Shown here piece by piece: positions 59,956-60,030 of a DNA stretch of 60,030 bases. The position numbers and the translations under genes are program-made. Source of the DNA: Escherichia coli (GTDB lineage Bacteria; Pseudomonadota; Gammaproteobacteria; Enterobacterales; Enterobacteriaceae); the NCBI RefSeq assembly GCF_003334405.1, contig NZ_QOWM01000020.1. One strand, written 5' to 3'. The notes under the pieces are model-generated. The model made no database searches and had not been told where the DNA came from. It worked only from the letters and a program-made list of their open reading frames with translations. Each line of letters starts with the position of its first letter. Position 1 is the stretch's first letter.

Positions 59956-60030
59956 CATAAGCGCTAACTTAAGGGTTGTGGTATTACGCCTGATATGATT
60001 TAACGTGCCGATGAATTACTCTCACGATAA
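59956..60030 (+). mobile_element. insL: IS186 left end (partial; element continues beyond the window), including the first codons of its transposase
   Basis: CATAAGCGCTAACTTAAGGGTTG... terminal sequence, then ATG AAT TAC TCT CAC GAT AA (MNYSHD...) at 60011. Confidence 0.65.

Overview
This window is an Escherichia coli chromosomal segment with K-12-like gene order; all gene names below come from my recollection of that order plus reading the translated ORFs, not from a database search. It runs from the 3' end of an Rhs element (C-terminal toxin tip, immunity gene, orphan Rhs tip with its own immunity gene, decayed HTH/transposase pseudogene) through selU, the allantoin/glyoxylate regulon (allS, allA, allR, gcl, hyi, glxR, ybbW, allB, ybbY, glxK, allE, allC, allD, fdrA, ylbE, ylbF, ybcF), purEK, lpxH, ppiB, cysS, ybcI, ybcJ, folD, the cryptic sfm fimbrial operon with fimZ, tRNA-Arg(UCU) argU, envY, ybcH-nfrA-nfrB, cusRS/cusCFBA, pheP, ybdG, nfsB, ybdF, ybdJ, ybdK and hokE, ending in the first bases of IS186. 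Most of it is ordinary core genome. The parts worth a second look are the Rhs polymorphic-toxin array at 1-2500 (two different toxin tips sharing a ~240-bp recombination repeat), the argU site with no prophage (DLP12, ompT and appY absent), the ybcH-nfrA-nfrB phage-N4 receptor / c-di-GMP-linked exopolysaccharide machine, the fdrA-ylbE-ylbF-ybcF cluster with an uninterrupted ylbE, and hokE with IS186 21 bp downstream. I found no CRISPR array, rRNA or intact prophage. I did not find a system I could confidently call previously undescribed; the two Rhs toxin tips are the least characterised elements.
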